Assembly (NCBI RefSeq): GCF_000012805.1
Contig: NC_007484.1
Coordinates: 3,180,001 to 3,212,000, forward strand
Source of the DNA: Nitrosococcus oceani ATCC 19707
GTDB taxonomy: Bacteria; Pseudomonadota; Gammaproteobacteria; Nitrosococcales; Nitrosococcaceae
DNA: 32,000 nt
Reading direction: 5' to 3'
The notes beneath the pieces are model-generated. The model was not told the origin of the DNA, did no database searches, and worked only from the letters and a program-made list of their open reading frames with translations. This document shows positions 31,291-32,000 of this stretch, in pieces (the stretch's first letter is position 1; each line of letters begins with the position of its first letter). The position numbers were made by a program, and so were the translations under genes.

Positions 31291-32000
31291 ATGCATCCCT
31301 TCAAATATTACACCATCCGACGTTTAAACCCCTATCTGGGCGTTCTTCAGGTGATTGATGCCGGCAAGGTGCGGGTCTATTCCAGCGAGGGTAAAACCTG
31401 GCGGCCACGACGGGTTGCGGGTAGCGAACGTTTCTGGTCTGAAACAGATATCGGCGGTAATGGCTATGACCGCGCCGAGGTTTCTAAAAGCGCTCTCACC
31501 AAAGCCATTGAGCATCACCCACCGCTCCCTTTTCCAGCCGGCGATCGCCTTGAACTATGGCTGCTGCGCAAAGCAACTGGCTTGCCCTTAGCGCTGCTCA
31601 ATAGCTGCCACTGGGAGCACGATATGGCAGCCGTCACCGATCCGGCTTGGCGGGCATTCCCCCCGGGCGCTACGGACTTTGAAGTCCCTGGCCTAGCGGC
31701 CACCCGCGGGGCGCGCCATCGAGACATGCTGGAATGGTGGATTAACGATGCGGCCCGGCCACTACCCGCTGCTCAATGGTTCCAGCGTGACTCCAATGGG
31801 GCAGGCACGGGACTAGACGGACTCCGGATCGAACCCGCCTGGCGAGGGCGAATCTTGCCAGCCTTGGCCTTCCCGGAGCTTTTGCTGGATGAACGCTGGG
31901 AAAGAGAGGAAGCCACCCAGTTAGTCCAAGGCTACCATGACTGGCACGGGGCTCTGCTCCTGGCCCATGGAAACCTGCCACGGAATACCCGGCAGCGGCT
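31291..32000 (+). CDS. hypothetical protein; the 3' end runs off the right window edge, so it is not in the ORF track
   Basis: Hand translation from the ATG at 31291 gives MHPFKYYTIRRLNPYLGVLQVIDAGKVRVYSSEGKTWRPRRVAGSERFWSETDIGGNGYDRAEV...WEREEATQLVQGYHDWHGALLLAHGNLPRNTRQR, with no stop through 32000 (236 codons). I recognise no family. The three minus-strand ORFs listed here look like GC-driven shadows. Confidence 0.55.
   Translation, partial: MHPFKYYTIRRLNPYLGVLQVIDAGKVRVYSSEGKTWRPRRVAGSERFWSETDIGGNGYDRAEVSKSALTKAIEHHPPLPFPAGDRLELWLLRKATGLPLALLNSCHWEHDMAAVTDPAWRAFPPGATDFEVPGLAATRGARHRDMLEWWINDAARPLPAAQWFQRDSNGAGTGLDGLRIEPAWRGRILPALAFPELLLDERWEREEATQLVQGYHDWHGALLLAHGNLPRNTRQR

Noticed and set aside
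31815-31845. A GGGTTCGATCCGG string on the minus strand that resembles a tRNA T-loop.
   Set aside because: The flanking bases do not form a T-stem, acceptor stem or anticodon arm, and the string lies inside the open reading frame at 31291-32000. I regard it as coincidental.

Overview
This window looks like a chromosomal core region of a roughly 50% GC gammaproteobacterial chemolithoautotroph. A Chromatiales or Nitrosococcus-like origin is my inference from gene content and composition, with no database search. Gene order, mostly on the minus strand: pgk (partial), gap, tkt (Calvin/PPP cluster), dapB, dnaJ, dnaK, grpE, hrcA (heat-shock operon with sigma32-type promoters), dnaQ, rnhA, a SAM methyltransferase, then a three-gene envelope-type operon: an internally duplicated outer-membrane beta-barrel, a CmoA-type carboxy-SAM synthase, and a polytopic ICMT/PEMT-family methyltransferase. 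Next comes a 0.9 kb AT-rich decayed spacer holding an acyltransferase relic. After it: a TetR regulator with a YdjM-like membrane hydrolase, a class-1B-type dihydroorotate dehydrogenase homologue, trmL, hemF, tsaC, prk, purD, a TPP riboswitch with thiC, a GC-rich (about 60-70%) frameshifted lipoprotein phospholipase-D gene, a VanZ-like gene, mutH, yadG-yadH (ABC-2 exporter), and a GC-rich orphan ORF that runs off the right edge. I saw no rRNA, tRNA, CRISPR array, IS element, integrase or recognisable defence system. The best candidate for new biology is the cmoA-like gene coupled to an integral-membrane ICMT/PEMT methyltransferase instead of cmoB (13068-14658). The second is the compositionally foreign, mosaic, frameshifted PLD gene (26667-28216). 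Start codons were chosen by homology and Shine-Dalgarno inspection, because the ORF track extends to the longest ATG/GTG/TTG. All family assignments come from my own recognition of the translated sequences.
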